A stretch of DNA of 32,000 nt, from contig JAWAHN010000001.1 in assembly GCA_038889235.1 (NCBI GenBank), positions 210,001 to 242,000 of the forward strand. The letters run 5' to 3'. The notes beneath the pieces are model-generated. The model was not told where the DNA came from and ran no database searches. It worked only from the letters and a program-made list of their open reading frames with translations. The number at the start of each line of letters is the position of its first letter. The stretch's first letter is position 1. The DNA comes from Candidatus Jordarchaeales archaeon (GTDB lineage: Archaea; Asgardarchaeota; Jordiarchaeia; Jordiarchaeales; Freyrarchaeaceae). Positions 1-9,064 of the stretch are shown one piece after another. Position numbers and translations under genes: made by a program.

Positions 1-219
1 TTGAAGTTCCTGGACGACTGAGGAGAAGCTGCCTTTGAGCTCTTTCCCTAATGTTGCAGTGTCCTTCGAGGCTTTCTTAAGCTGGTTGACCATTGAAGAG
101 AAGGCTTCAACAACGCTGGAAAACGATGCTTCAACCTCTTTTTGAAGAGAGGCAAGACTGCTCCTAGCCTCACCTATCTCGCCTAGGCGGGCGTCAATCT
201 TCTGCCTTAATTTTTCCAC
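1..219 (-). CDS. Partial coiled-coil/amphipathic-helix repeat protein (N-terminal 73 aa; runs off the window edge)
   Basis: Not in the ORF track. Hand translation from GTG at 219 gives MEKLRQKIDARLGEIGEARSSLASLQKEVEASFSSVVEAFSSMVNQLKKASKDTATLGKELKGSFSSVVQELQ, open to base 1. GGAGG RBS at 233-229 overlaps the stop region of the upstream ATPase gene. Confidence 0.75.
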   Translation of the reverse strand, partial: MEKLRQKIDARLGEIGEARSSLASLQKEVEASFSSVVEAFSSMVNQLKKASKDTATLGKELKGSFSSVVQELQ

Positions 220-224
220 TTCAA

Positions 225-1943
225 TCAGCCTCCAATCTTTTCTTTAATAAGTCTGAAGTCCCTCTCTAGCGCTTTATTCCCTCTAAAAGATTTCAGGGCT
301 TTCTCGCACAGAGAGAGGGCATGGGCGGAGTCTCCAGCTTTGATGAGGTACTCGGCCGCCCTCCTGTAAAATACCCTTGAAAGCATCAAGGAACCCGCCT
401 TGAAGTACTCGTCTCCGGCATCCTCAAACATCCTAGCTGCAGACCTAGCAGACGACTTTGCCCGCCACTCGACGCCAGACTTTTCGTAGAGCTCTGAGGC
501 TTGAGCCAACATCACCCTTGCGTAGTGCAACTTTCCAGCGTCAAAGAAGAGCCTCGAAGCCGCGTCTAGAACCATTCCCGCTCTTTCGTAGTCACCCAGC
601 CTTCTGTGGAGGTCTGCCGCAATGTTAAAGAGGACGCATGCGTCGTAGAATAGTCTTTTTTCAAGTGCCTCCTTAGCGGCGTCTTCAACACTGCTAGCGA
701 GCTCGACGACTAGGGATTGAAGTTTTCTCGCCGCGAGTATTGTGGCGGAATCTTTAAACCAGTTGACGATCGTCTCGTTTACGGGCATCCCACTCTCGAC
801 TGTTTTAAGGATCAATTTTAGAAGAATGCTCGCCTTGCCATAAATCTGGTCGACATTGACAGATAGCCGCAGGTCGTGGAAGAGGGCGTCGGAGACCAGA
901 AGTATAAACGAGTCCTCGACCTCCACCAACCCCTTTTCCTTCAGTGACGCTATGGTGCTCTCGAAAATGTCGCCAAGCGACTGTTTGATGGCGTCGAGGG
1001 GGGCGAAATTGTATTCTCCCGAGATTATACGGTCTATTACGAAGGTCTCATCCCCCGAAATTTGAAAGATGCCGCCCAGCGGGTTTTCCTTTAAAAGCTC
1101 GCTTGCCTTTCTGAGTGACTCATATGTGACCCCGCGTTCACCCGAAACTGCGAGTGAGGAGTAGAGGAGTAAGCAGAGCTTGTATGGAATCCCGCCAGAG
1201 TCCTTTATCATTTCATCTACAACTTTCTCTTCTACCTTGAAACCGAGCTTCCCTGATAATTTTTGGATCAGAACACGCATGTCAGATATCGGCATGGGTC
1301 CAAGCTCGACCACGTGGAAAAGGTTACTAGCACCCCCCACTATTTCCCCCACGAAATCTCTCTCGGCGGCTACAACAAAAAACGCGGGAAAACCGCTTTC
1401 CGCGAAAACTGAAAGAACTCTCCGGAATAAAGGGTAAGCCGAGTTGTATCCAAGCCAGGCGAAGCGCTCAAAAGAGTCACAGAAAAAGAAGACAGGCCTC
1501 GTGATGGCTTCTTTCACCTTGTCCATGTCCTCCATGAAGCGCCCAATGAACAACTCCTCAAATGCGGAGTCAACTTCCTTGGGTAGGGGGGGAGGAGCGG
1601 CAAATGGCTTCTCCCCTATGAGCTTCTTGCGAGCTCCAGGAGCTAGGGAATCTAAGCGCTTCTTAACTTCTTCAAAGAAGGTTCGTGCCCTAGAGAAGGA
1701 GACTGTAAGAGGTATCGTTGTGACGCCTTCAACACTTGCAATATCCCTAAACTTGTTGAGGAGAGATGACTTGCCTATCCCGGGGATGCCCGAAACTAAA
1801 ACGGCTCTCCTAGTCTCAGAGCCAGACTTAACATCCAGTATGAATCGCTGGAAGAAGCGCACTTCATCTGACCTTCCAGTAAAAGTATCGCTCGCTGCAG
1901 GTGACAGTAAGGGCCTAAGCAACAATCCACCCCCAACCCACAT
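225..1943 (-). CDS. STAND-class P-loop ATPase with winged-helix region and C-terminal SNAP/TPR-like helical repeats
   Basis: Walker A GIPGIGKS, Walker B-like FFFCDSFE, STAND-type GxP motif (GGIPYKL), wHTH-like SLKEKGLV. C-terminal ~20-aa periodic A-x-x-L-x-x-x-x-G repeats. The true start is probably TTG at 1925/1922, after the GGGGGTGGA RBS. Confidence 0.75.
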   Translation of the reverse strand: MWVGGGLLLRPLLSPAASDTFTGRSDEVRFFQRFILDVKSGSETRRAVLVSGIPGIGKSSLLNKFRDIASVEGVTTIPLTVSFSRARTFFEEVKKRLDSLAPGARKKLIGEKPFAAPPPLPKEVDSAFEELFIGRFMEDMDKVKEAITRPVFFFCDSFERFAWLGYNSAYPLFRRVLSVFAESGFPAFFVVAAERDFVGEIVGGASNLFHVVELGPMPISDMRVLIQKLSGKLGFKVEEKVVDEMIKDSGGIPYKLCLLLYSSLAVSGERGVTYESLRKASELLKENPLGGIFQISGDETFVIDRIISGEYNFAPLDAIKQSLGDIFESTIASLKEKGLVEVEDSFILLVSDALFHDLRLSVNVDQIYGKASILLKLILKTVESGMPVNETIVNWFKDSATILAARKLQSLVVELASSVEDAAKEALEKRLFYDACVLFNIAADLHRRLGDYERAGMVLDAASRLFFDAGKLHYARVMLAQASELYEKSGVEWRAKSSARSAARMFEDAGDEYFKAGSLMLSRVFYRRAAEYLIKAGDSAHALSLCEKALKSFRGNKALERDFRLIKEKIGG

Positions 1944-2051
1944 ACACTACTAATTAGTGGACGAAACAAAAATAACTTTTTCAGAGCCTGAGGAAGACGC
2001 TATTAAATGAAGAAATAGTTTTCTTTGACGTGGGACTCATTTGCTGTTAAG

Positions 2052-2059
2052 AAAAAAAA
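2052..2059 (-). terminator. Oligo-T archaeal terminator candidate after aor
   Basis: A8 run on + strand = T8 on the coding strand, ~35 nt downstream of the aor stop, within a pyrimidine-rich tract. Confidence 0.45.
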
Positions 2060-2094
2060 CTGGAAATGGGAGAATGTTTAGAAAATGACCGCCC

Positions 2095-3933
2095 TCATAT
2101 TTTTGCTGCTATGTCTCCGAGTCCAAGCTCTTCGAGCTTTTCTTTTGTTGGTTTTCCAGTCTCCCAATCCCATTTTCTGAACTTGTAGTATTCTTTCAGG
2201 AGCACTTCCATGTTGGGTGTTTTTCCGGCTGTTGATCCTTCCTCAAGCGGGGTTATGGCTATCTTAGGAAGTTTATCATGCTGTCTTGTTACGCCAAACT
2301 TGTTGTTCAACGCTCGTTTTATGTTAAAGATCCTTTCCCCTGTCTTGCGAATAGACTCCGGCGTGTAGTCCCACCCTGTTATAGCGTTTAGGAAGTCGCA
2401 AACCATGGTTAAGGTGGCAGAGGAGAACTTGCAGAGAATCAAGGAGTCGTAGACTTCACGTACATCCTGGTATTTGACCACGGCGTCCACTCTACCTTCA
2501 AGAGTGAAGCGATCCATCTGGAGTATGTTAAGCTCCGGTATTGCTCCAACTCCCAGGTCTACTTCGTAGAAGTCGCCTCTGAGGTGGCATGCCCCCCTGT
2601 TGCCGGTAGCGTAGGATAAGGCTTGCCCAAAGAACGCCCTTGGATCATGCATTGGAATCTCGAGGCCCTTCACGTTTGCCGCTTCCTCTGGGTTCACTTT
2701 GAAGTGCTCCGCCATTCCCTTGGTTCCCTCTGCCAGTATGTTGCCTATGCCCTCCCGTTTCGCGATCATTCCTATCAACTTTATTATTGTCTCACTGTTC
2801 CCCCATTCGAGCTTCATGCCAGCGTCTTTCTTCTTTATAACTCCCTTCTCGTAAAGGTAGAAGGCGAAGGCGATGCTCACGCCGGCCGAAATTGTGTCGA
2901 TTCCGTAAACGTTGCAAAGGTGGTTCGCGTAGAGTATTGCGTCTAGATCGTAGTGTTCTAAGAGGGGGCCGAAAGCAACCATGGTCTCGTATTCGGGTGT
3001 ATCTATTTCTTTTACTCCTCTTTTGTTGTATTCCACAATTTTGCCGCACGCTACGGGGCACCCATAGCATGCATAGTTTCTCACCATGTACTTATCCTTG
3101 AACAATGCTGAACTGATCTTTTCTATCGGGAAGAGAGCGCGAGTGAAATACCTTGTAGGTGCATCACCTATCTCGAATGCCATGTCGAGGTAGCCGTAAG
3201 TTCCAAACTCCTTTAGCAGGTGGTAGAAGGGAGATGCTTCCATCAGAAGCCTGTGAAAGTCTACGAGACTCTTTAACATATCCTCATTAGCAATTTCTGC
3301 CCTTGCACTGCCAACCGCAGCCACGGCCTTAAGTTTCTTGGCGCCCATTACTGCTCCAAGCCCGCATCGCCCGGCTGCTCGACCCTCGTCGTTCATTATG
3401 GAAGCATATTTAACTTTGTTTTCCCCTCCGATACCTATGCAGGCGACTCTAACCCTCCGCTCTCCCAAGTCTTTCTTGATTATCTCTTGGGTTTCATACG
3501 TGTCCTTACCCCAGAGGTGGCTCGCATCCTTTATCTCCGCCGTCGAGTCGTGAATGAAAACATAAACAGGTTTCTCCGCGGCACCAGTAATTATGACTCC
3601 ATCTACCCCTGCCCCCTTGAGTGCTGGACCGAAAGCTCCACCAGAGCAAGCCTCCCCCCAGAAGCCATGCGCAGATTTTCCTGCAACAATATACCTGCTC
3701 CCTTGAGGAACTGCTGTTGCCGTGAAGGGCCCTGTCATGAAAGCGAGGTAGTTGTCGGGGCCTAAGGGGTTGGTTTTTGCGTCTAGAACGTCGAACAGTA
3801 GTCGAGCGGCGAGCCCGCTCCCCCCAATGAATGCCTTGGCGTCCTCCTCTTTCAGCTTTATCGTTTCAACAGAGCCCTTAGAAAGATCTATCTTCAAGAT
3901 TTTGCCGTGGTATCCATACATTGCCATCACCAA
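2095..3933 (-). CDS. aor: Aldehyde:ferredoxin oxidoreductase (tungsten AOR family)
   Basis: N-terminal YGYHGKILKIDLS, GRAAGRCGLGAVMGAKKLKAV, [4Fe-4S] ligands CYGCPVAC plus a distal Cys (SLILCKF), EYET, DTIS, NRGACH. Likely start ATG 3927, overlapping the adh TGA (TGATG). Confidence 0.93.
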   Translation of the reverse strand: MVMAMYGYHGKILKIDLSKGSVETIKLKEEDAKAFIGGSGLAARLLFDVLDAKTNPLGPDNYLAFMTGPFTATAVPQGSRYIVAGKSAHGFWGEACSGGAFGPALKGAGVDGVIITGAAEKPVYVFIHDSTAEIKDASHLWGKDTYETQEIIKKDLGERRVRVACIGIGGENKVKYASIMNDEGRAAGRCGLGAVMGAKKLKAVAAVGSARAEIANEDMLKSLVDFHRLLMEASPFYHLLKEFGTYGYLDMAFEIGDAPTRYFTRALFPIEKISSALFKDKYMVRNYACYGCPVACGKIVEYNKRGVKEIDTPEYETMVAFGPLLEHYDLDAILYANHLCNVYGIDTISAGVSIAFAFYLYEKGVIKKKDAGMKLEWGNSETIIKLIGMIAKREGIGNILAEGTKGMAEHFKVNPEEAANVKGLEIPMHDPRAFFGQALSYATGNRGACHLRGDFYEVDLGVGAIPELNILQMDRFTLEGRVDAVVKYQDVREVYDSLILCKFSSATLTMVCDFLNAITGWDYTPESIRKTGERIFNIKRALNNKFGVTRQHDKLPKIAITPLEEGSTAGKTPNMEVLLKEYYKFRKWDWETGKPTKEKLEELGLGDIAAKI

Positions 3934-5243
3934 TCCACATCTTTTCCTTCATACGCGTAATCAAACAGCTTCCTAAAGTCGTCTATACTAGCTGGCCGCG
4001 TGCTAAAGATCGCCGTCGGGTCTTCGTACGCGTACTTTACAAGAACCTCCTTCTTCTCCTCGAACTCGCTTCTACTTATCCCGAGATCCTTGATCGCTAT
4101 TGGAACACCGAGACCTGTTATGAACTCCTTGAAGAACTGAGTGAGCTTTTCAAGTGTTTTCTCCTTAGTCTTTCCTACCACGTCCAAGTCTAGGCTGAAG
4201 TTCAGCCACTTCGCAAGACCAACGTATCCATCGGTCACTTTCGCCTCAAACCTTAGGGAGTAAGGTATGAACATTCCGACCGCTCTGCCGTGATGAATGT
4301 TAAAGACTTTCCCGAAGGAGTGGCCCAGCGCGTGGGTTATAGCTGTTCCCGCGTTTCCGAAAGCCAGCCCAGCCATAGTCGCGGCTATTAACATTTTTTC
4401 TCTGGCATTCATGTTTCTGGGCTGCTTGTATACTATTGGGAGATACCTTATGATGAGCTCTATGGCTTTGAGAGCCATCGGGTCTGTTAGATCGCTTCCC
4501 CAGTTCCTGTTTATGTAGGCGTCTACCGCGTGAGCTAAGGCGTCTAAGCCTGTTCCTACAGTGAGTTCGGGAGGCATTCCAACGGTTAGCTCCGGTAGAA
4601 GTATTGCGAATTCAGGTACACACTCAGGGTGCTGCGCGGCTAGTTTTCTCGGTGGAGTCTGGCTAACGTCCGTCAATACGAAAGCCTGCGTGGCTTCGGA
4701 CCCTGTTCCAGCGGTGGTTGGTACAGCCGCCAGGTAGGCCTTCTTTCTTAGCCCCAAAGGTGTCAGAGCTTCGACCATGGAGAAGTCTATGTCAGGCCGC
4801 TCGTAGAGGATCCATGCCGCCTTAGCTGTGTCTATGGCTGAACCGCCTCCTACAGCTACTATGAGGTCTGGTTCAAACTCGCGCATTTCCTCGACTATTT
4901 CGCGCACTACTGGTATGGGTGGCTCCGGGACAGCCTTGTCACATATTTTAACAGTAAATTGCACCATTTCGAAGTAGGGTATTAGGGACTCTGCAAGGTT
5001 CCTTATGGCTTTGTCTGTAATAATGAAGGCTCGCTTCTTTTCAAGCATAGCTGCCCCGATGGACAACCCTATTACAAGGCCAAATTTTCCTATTAGGATC
5101 CTTGGACAGAGGAAATATCCTACAAGGCTGCGCATCGGCTTGGCTCCAAGCAAAGTGTAAAGCATGCGTGTCCCGTATTCATAAGGCTTCCAAGTCACTC
5201 TCCATCCCCCTTTTGAAAAAACCTCCTCAAACCCCCGAAACAC
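3927..5243 (-). CDS. Iron-containing alcohol dehydrogenase
   Basis: GGGSAIDTAK, PTTAGTGSEAT, GLDALAHAVDAY, HALGH and HHG metal ligands. Likely start GTG 5198 after GGGGGA. Confidence 0.92.
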   Translation of the reverse strand: MFRGFEEVFSKGGWRVTWKPYEYGTRMLYTLLGAKPMRSLVGYFLCPRILIGKFGLVIGLSIGAAMLEKKRAFIITDKAIRNLAESLIPYFEMVQFTVKICDKAVPEPPIPVVREIVEEMREFEPDLIVAVGGGSAIDTAKAAWILYERPDIDFSMVEALTPLGLRKKAYLAAVPTTAGTGSEATQAFVLTDVSQTPPRKLAAQHPECVPEFAILLPELTVGMPPELTVGTGLDALAHAVDAYINRNWGSDLTDPMALKAIELIIRYLPIVYKQPRNMNAREKMLIAATMAGLAFGNAGTAITHALGHSFGKVFNIHHGRAVGMFIPYSLRFEAKVTDGYVGLAKWLNFSLDLDVVGKTKEKTLEKLTQFFKEFITGLGVPIAIKDLGISRSEFEEKKEVLVKYAYEDPTAIFSTRPASIDDFRKLFDYAYEGKDVDW

Positions 5244-5350
5244 TGGGGGAAATTATGAAAGAAGCAAGTATAAAATCTTTTCTTTTTACTCTCGATTACG
5301 TTTTCTCCTCTTATACGAGGAGACCTTTGTTTGTGTAGGATTAAAGGGTA

Positions 5351-5362
5351 AAGCTTAAGCTT
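5351..5362. promoter_or_regulatory. Perfect 12-bp palindrome AAGCTTAAGCTT in the adh/permease divergent intergenic region
   Basis: Palindrome read directly from the sequence. It lies between divergent genes, so it could be an operator or back-to-back TATA elements. Confidence 0.3.
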
Positions 5363-5435
5363 ACAGCGATGTACTCCTTTTTTGTCAATTAATCTTTGAA
5401 CAAGTGGATCAGTTTAGTTTGAGCAACCATGCCGG

Positions 5436-7040
5436 GTGGTATGCTTGGCCATTCAGGGGGCTGAGCATTATCTTATCGAGTTCATAAGAGAGTGGATCTA
5501 TACTCCTCCCGTCCACGTCGTTGGCGTTTTCGCCGCCATAATGATCACGACTTATGTTTTGATTATGACTGAAAGGTTTCATGAGACATTAGCTGCTATG
5601 GGTGGGGCTGTTGCTACGGTTGTTGCCGGCAAATACTTCGAGATTGCCTATAGTTGGGTGCCTTTTGTGGACGCGTTCCTGGCGTGGATTTCTGGTGAAG
5701 TTCCCAGGTTTAAGCCTCTGCTTTTCACCAGCGGGCAGGTGCTTACGGAGATGGTGGATTGGCAAACAATAGTGATAGTAGTGTCGCTAGTTATAATTGC
5801 GGCAGCGGCTTCCAAGTCCGGTTTGTTCGAGTTTATATGTGTTAAAGTGGTGAAGCGCAGTGGGGGGGACCTTGGCAAGCTCTTCATTTACCTATGCCTG
5901 CTTAGCTTCGCTTTAACGGCATTGATAGGTAATGATCCAGCTTTCATCGTAATCAGCGCTCTTACGCTCACGCTTACACGCGCCCTTGGAGTTGACCCGC
6001 GACCCTACATTTTGGGGGAGGTTTTCGTTATGAACGCTGCTGGTGCTTCGACTCTAGTTGGAAGCTTCGTTAACGTCTTGGTATCAGCACGCTTCAACTT
6101 AGACCCTAAGTACTTCCTCTCCTACGTTCACTTCATAGCGCTGGGAGCTCCCTTCGCCGTAGTTTGTTCGCTCATCGCTGTGTTCGTTGTCAGGAGAGCT
6201 TTTAGGGACGCGTTCATCGTTTCCGAGGAAAGAGATGTGAAGAGGAGGAAAAGGGCAATTCTCGCCCTCGACGAGTACAACCTTATAGAGGATGTCTCCC
6301 TTTTCAGGAGGATCTGCGTGCTTTTCGTTCTAACAATCGCTGGATTCGTTATAGCTGGAACACTCAACATACCACTTTACATAATTGCCGTAGCTTCGGC
6401 TTTCGCATTCCTCCTCTTCAGTGGCGCGAGACCAGAGAGGATGCTTCGAGAAGTTGACTGGGAGCTCGTCATCTTCCTGGCAAGTATACTAATAGTAGTA
6501 GAGGGCGTACATAGCACGGGACTCTTAGAAAATATAGGAAAAACTCTTGGCTCCCTGACTAGTGGAAACATACCTGCAACCATATTCCTGGTAATACTCA
6601 CGACTGGGAGTCTTTCAGGGATAATGGACAACGTGTCAGTTACCTCAGCGCTACTCTACGTGGTGCCGCCCTTATCACTCAACGCTCTAGTTCTGGATAA
6701 GACAGTCATCTGGGCCCTGATCTACGGCGCGAACTCGGGAGCCAACTTGACTCCTATAGGGGGAATACCTAACCTCATCGCTTGCTCTCTGCTTGAAAGA
6801 GACGGAAAGCCGGTAACGTGGAGGGAGTTTGTGAAGCTCGGCGCCCCCCTCTGTATAGCATCGTTCCTGATTGGGACAGGAATTATCTACGCTTTCGCCA
6901 CCCTGCTAGGCTGGACAAGCATGAACCTAGAGCTCATACTGACGCTCATATCAGAGTACCTAGCAGTAACCGGGTTTAAGGCCGAGGAGCTAGGGCTTCC
7001 ATCATGGCTCACATTACTATACAGTTTCTACAGCCACTAG
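5436..7040 (+). CDS. ArsB/NhaD (ion-transporter superfamily, CitMHS/P-protein-like) permease
   Basis: Many hydrophobic helices, VDWQTI and VDWELVIF, SGIMDNV, GANSGANLTPIGGIPNLIA, two-fold internal repeat. Confidence 0.85.
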   Translation: MVCLAIQGAEHYLIEFIREWIYTPPVHVVGVFAAIMITTYVLIMTERFHETLAAMGGAVATVVAGKYFEIAYSWVPFVDAFLAWISGEVPRFKPLLFTSGQVLTEMVDWQTIVIVVSLVIIAAAASKSGLFEFICVKVVKRSGGDLGKLFIYLCLLSFALTALIGNDPAFIVISALTLTLTRALGVDPRPYILGEVFVMNAAGASTLVGSFVNVLVSARFNLDPKYFLSYVHFIALGAPFAVVCSLIAVFVVRRAFRDAFIVSEERDVKRRKRAILALDEYNLIEDVSLFRRICVLFVLTIAGFVIAGTLNIPLYIIAVASAFAFLLFSGARPERMLREVDWELVIFLASILIVVEGVHSTGLLENIGKTLGSLTSGNIPATIFLVILTTGSLSGIMDNVSVTSALLYVVPPLSLNALVLDKTVIWALIYGANSGANLTPIGGIPNLIACSLLERDGKPVTWREFVKLGAPLCIASFLIGTGIIYAFATLLGWTSMNLELILTLISEYLAVTGFKAEELGLPSWLTLLYSFYSH

Positions 7041-7198
7041 GTTAAAACGTGGAAGACGAAAGACTTCGGATGCTCCACTGCGACTCACACCAACATCAAC
7101 AAGACTCTTCCAGCACCAGTTCACTAAAAACAAAATCTTCTTTAACCAAGAAGTTATTATTGTTCTTGTTCTAATATGGAAACGGTGGGGGTTTACAT

Positions 7199-8929
7199 TT
7201 GACTAAGAGGATTTCTGGTGGAGAGCTTCTCGTCAGGTGCCTACTTGAGGAAGGTGTTAAATACGTCTTCGGCGTCCCCGGAGCACAACTCTTGACTATT
7301 CTCGACGCTATAAAGAGGATTGGCGAGCCGCGCGGCATGAAGTTCGTCACCTGCAGGCATGAGCAAGCCGCAGCTAACATGGCGGACGCTTGGGCGAGGG
7401 TAACGGGAGAGCCGGGTGTGTGTATAGGAACTGTAGGTCCGGGAGGGGCGAACCTAGTACCCGGAGTCTACCCTGCTTGGGCTGACGGGGTTCCAATGAT
7501 AGTCTTAACCGCTCAGAACCAAACCTGGAGAAGCTACCCCGACCACGGCTGCATGCAGGCGTTAGACCAATATCACCTGTTTAAGCCTATCACCAAGTGG
7601 AATGCTGTGGTCTCCCATTGGGAGAGGATTCCCGAGCTGGTGCAACACGCTTTTAGGGTTGCTACTTCGGGGAGACCTGGACCCGTGCACCTAGACTTGC
7701 CGTCAGACGTTCTCTACGATAGGAAAGAGGAGGGGGGTGTTAGAGTTTACCCGCCTCACAGGTACAGGGCGACCAAGCCTCCTGTCGGCGACCCGGAACT
7801 TGTGGAGAAAGCTGCTGACATGCTTGCTGGAGCGCAAATGCCTCTAATACATCCTGGAGGAGGTGTTCTGAGGGCGGGTGCGTGGAGGGAGGTCGTTGAG
7901 ATAGCCGAGCACCTAGGGGCACCTGTGATCACCACGCTCGGTGCTAGAGGGATAATCTCCGAGGATCACCCGTTGTGCCTTCTACCCGCAACTCCCGGTG
8001 CCATAATGGCTCAGAACGAGGCTGACGTCGTGCTCGTGGTTGGAAGCAGAATGGGTGACGTGGACTTTTGGGGGAGAGCGCCTGTTTGGGGGGACCCGGA
8101 CAAACAGAAAACTATTCAGATAGATGTTGATCCGGCGATGATTGGTTACAACAGGCCTGTCGACTTAGCTATAGTTGGCGATGCTAAAGCGACGCTAAGG
8201 GCTTTGCTTGAAGCGCTTAAGAAGAGGACGGATAAGAGGAAGCCGCACGCCAAGATCGCGGATTACAGGAGGGCTCAGGACGAGTGGATGACGAACTTCC
8301 TTAAGCAGGCTGAGAGCAGCGAGAAGCCCATCCACCCCCTTAGGCTCATGAAGGAGGTTAGAGCTTTCTATCCGAGGGACGCCATAGCGTGCCTTGACGG
8401 GGGGAACACTCCTGTCTGGGCTTACTACGTGCACCGCATATATGAGCCGGGGACCTTCCTTTGGGCTGCCGACTCGGGACATCTTGGAGTTGGGTTACCA
8501 TATGCCATAGGAGCGAAGCTCGCGGCGCCCGACAAGCAGGTCTACCTCATAACGGGGGACGGGGCTTTCGGGACGAACATGCAAGAGCTTGAGACCGCAA
8601 GCAGGCTCGGAGTAAAGATAACGGTGATAGTGGTGAACGACCGCGCTTGGGGCATGATTAAGGGAGCACAGAAGATCTCTTTCAAGGGTAGGTACATAGG
8701 GGTCGACTTCAGCGATGTAAGGTATGACAAGATAGCTCAGGGAATGAACTGGTATGGTGAAAGAGTAGAGGACCCGGAGGATATAGCTCCAGCTTTGGAG
8801 AGGGCTGAAGCTGCTGAGGAGCCTGCTCTTCTAGATGTCGTCGTGTCGCAGGAGGCACACTTGACACCGCCAGACCTTGTAACGCTAGCCATGATATGGC
8901 TTGAGGGGTGCACGCCGCCAGAGGAGTGA
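7199..8929 (+). CDS. Thiamine diphosphate-dependent enzyme, acetolactate synthase large-subunit-like family; substrate uncertain
   Basis: SGGELLVRCL..GVKYVFGVPG, RHEQAAANMADAWAR (catalytic Glu), GPGGAN, GPVHLDLP, ThDP motif GDGAFG...NDRAWGMIK. TTG start after GGTGGGGG. Confidence 0.9.
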   Translation: MTKRISGGELLVRCLLEEGVKYVFGVPGAQLLTILDAIKRIGEPRGMKFVTCRHEQAAANMADAWARVTGEPGVCIGTVGPGGANLVPGVYPAWADGVPMIVLTAQNQTWRSYPDHGCMQALDQYHLFKPITKWNAVVSHWERIPELVQHAFRVATSGRPGPVHLDLPSDVLYDRKEEGGVRVYPPHRYRATKPPVGDPELVEKAADMLAGAQMPLIHPGGGVLRAGAWREVVEIAEHLGAPVITTLGARGIISEDHPLCLLPATPGAIMAQNEADVVLVVGSRMGDVDFWGRAPVWGDPDKQKTIQIDVDPAMIGYNRPVDLAIVGDAKATLRALLEALKKRTDKRKPHAKIADYRRAQDEWMTNFLKQAESSEKPIHPLRLMKEVRAFYPRDAIACLDGGNTPVWAYYVHRIYEPGTFLWAADSGHLGVGLPYAIGAKLAAPDKQVYLITGDGAFGTNMQELETASRLGVKITVIVVNDRAWGMIKGAQKISFKGRYIGVDFSDVRYDKIAQGMNWYGERVEDPEDIAPALERAEAAEEPALLDVVVSQEAHLTPPDLVTLAMIWLEGCTPPEE

Positions 8930-9064
8930 GCGAGTGTCCGGTGGCGCTACGCGCTGAATACTTGGTAAGCTGCGCGGTTTTTGTGTGAAAACATTTCGCT
9001 TTTATTTTTCTTGTGTGCGCTAACTTCATATACTGTCAATTTTTTGGGTTTCGTGGTGGTTTAA

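Noticed and set aside
225-1943. Calling the ATPase an NSF/Sec18 or Cdc48 homologue because of the SNAP-like repeats
   Set aside because: It has a single ATPase domain with a DSFE Walker B and a GxP motif, and no recognisable second region of homology; this fits STAND, not classic AAA.
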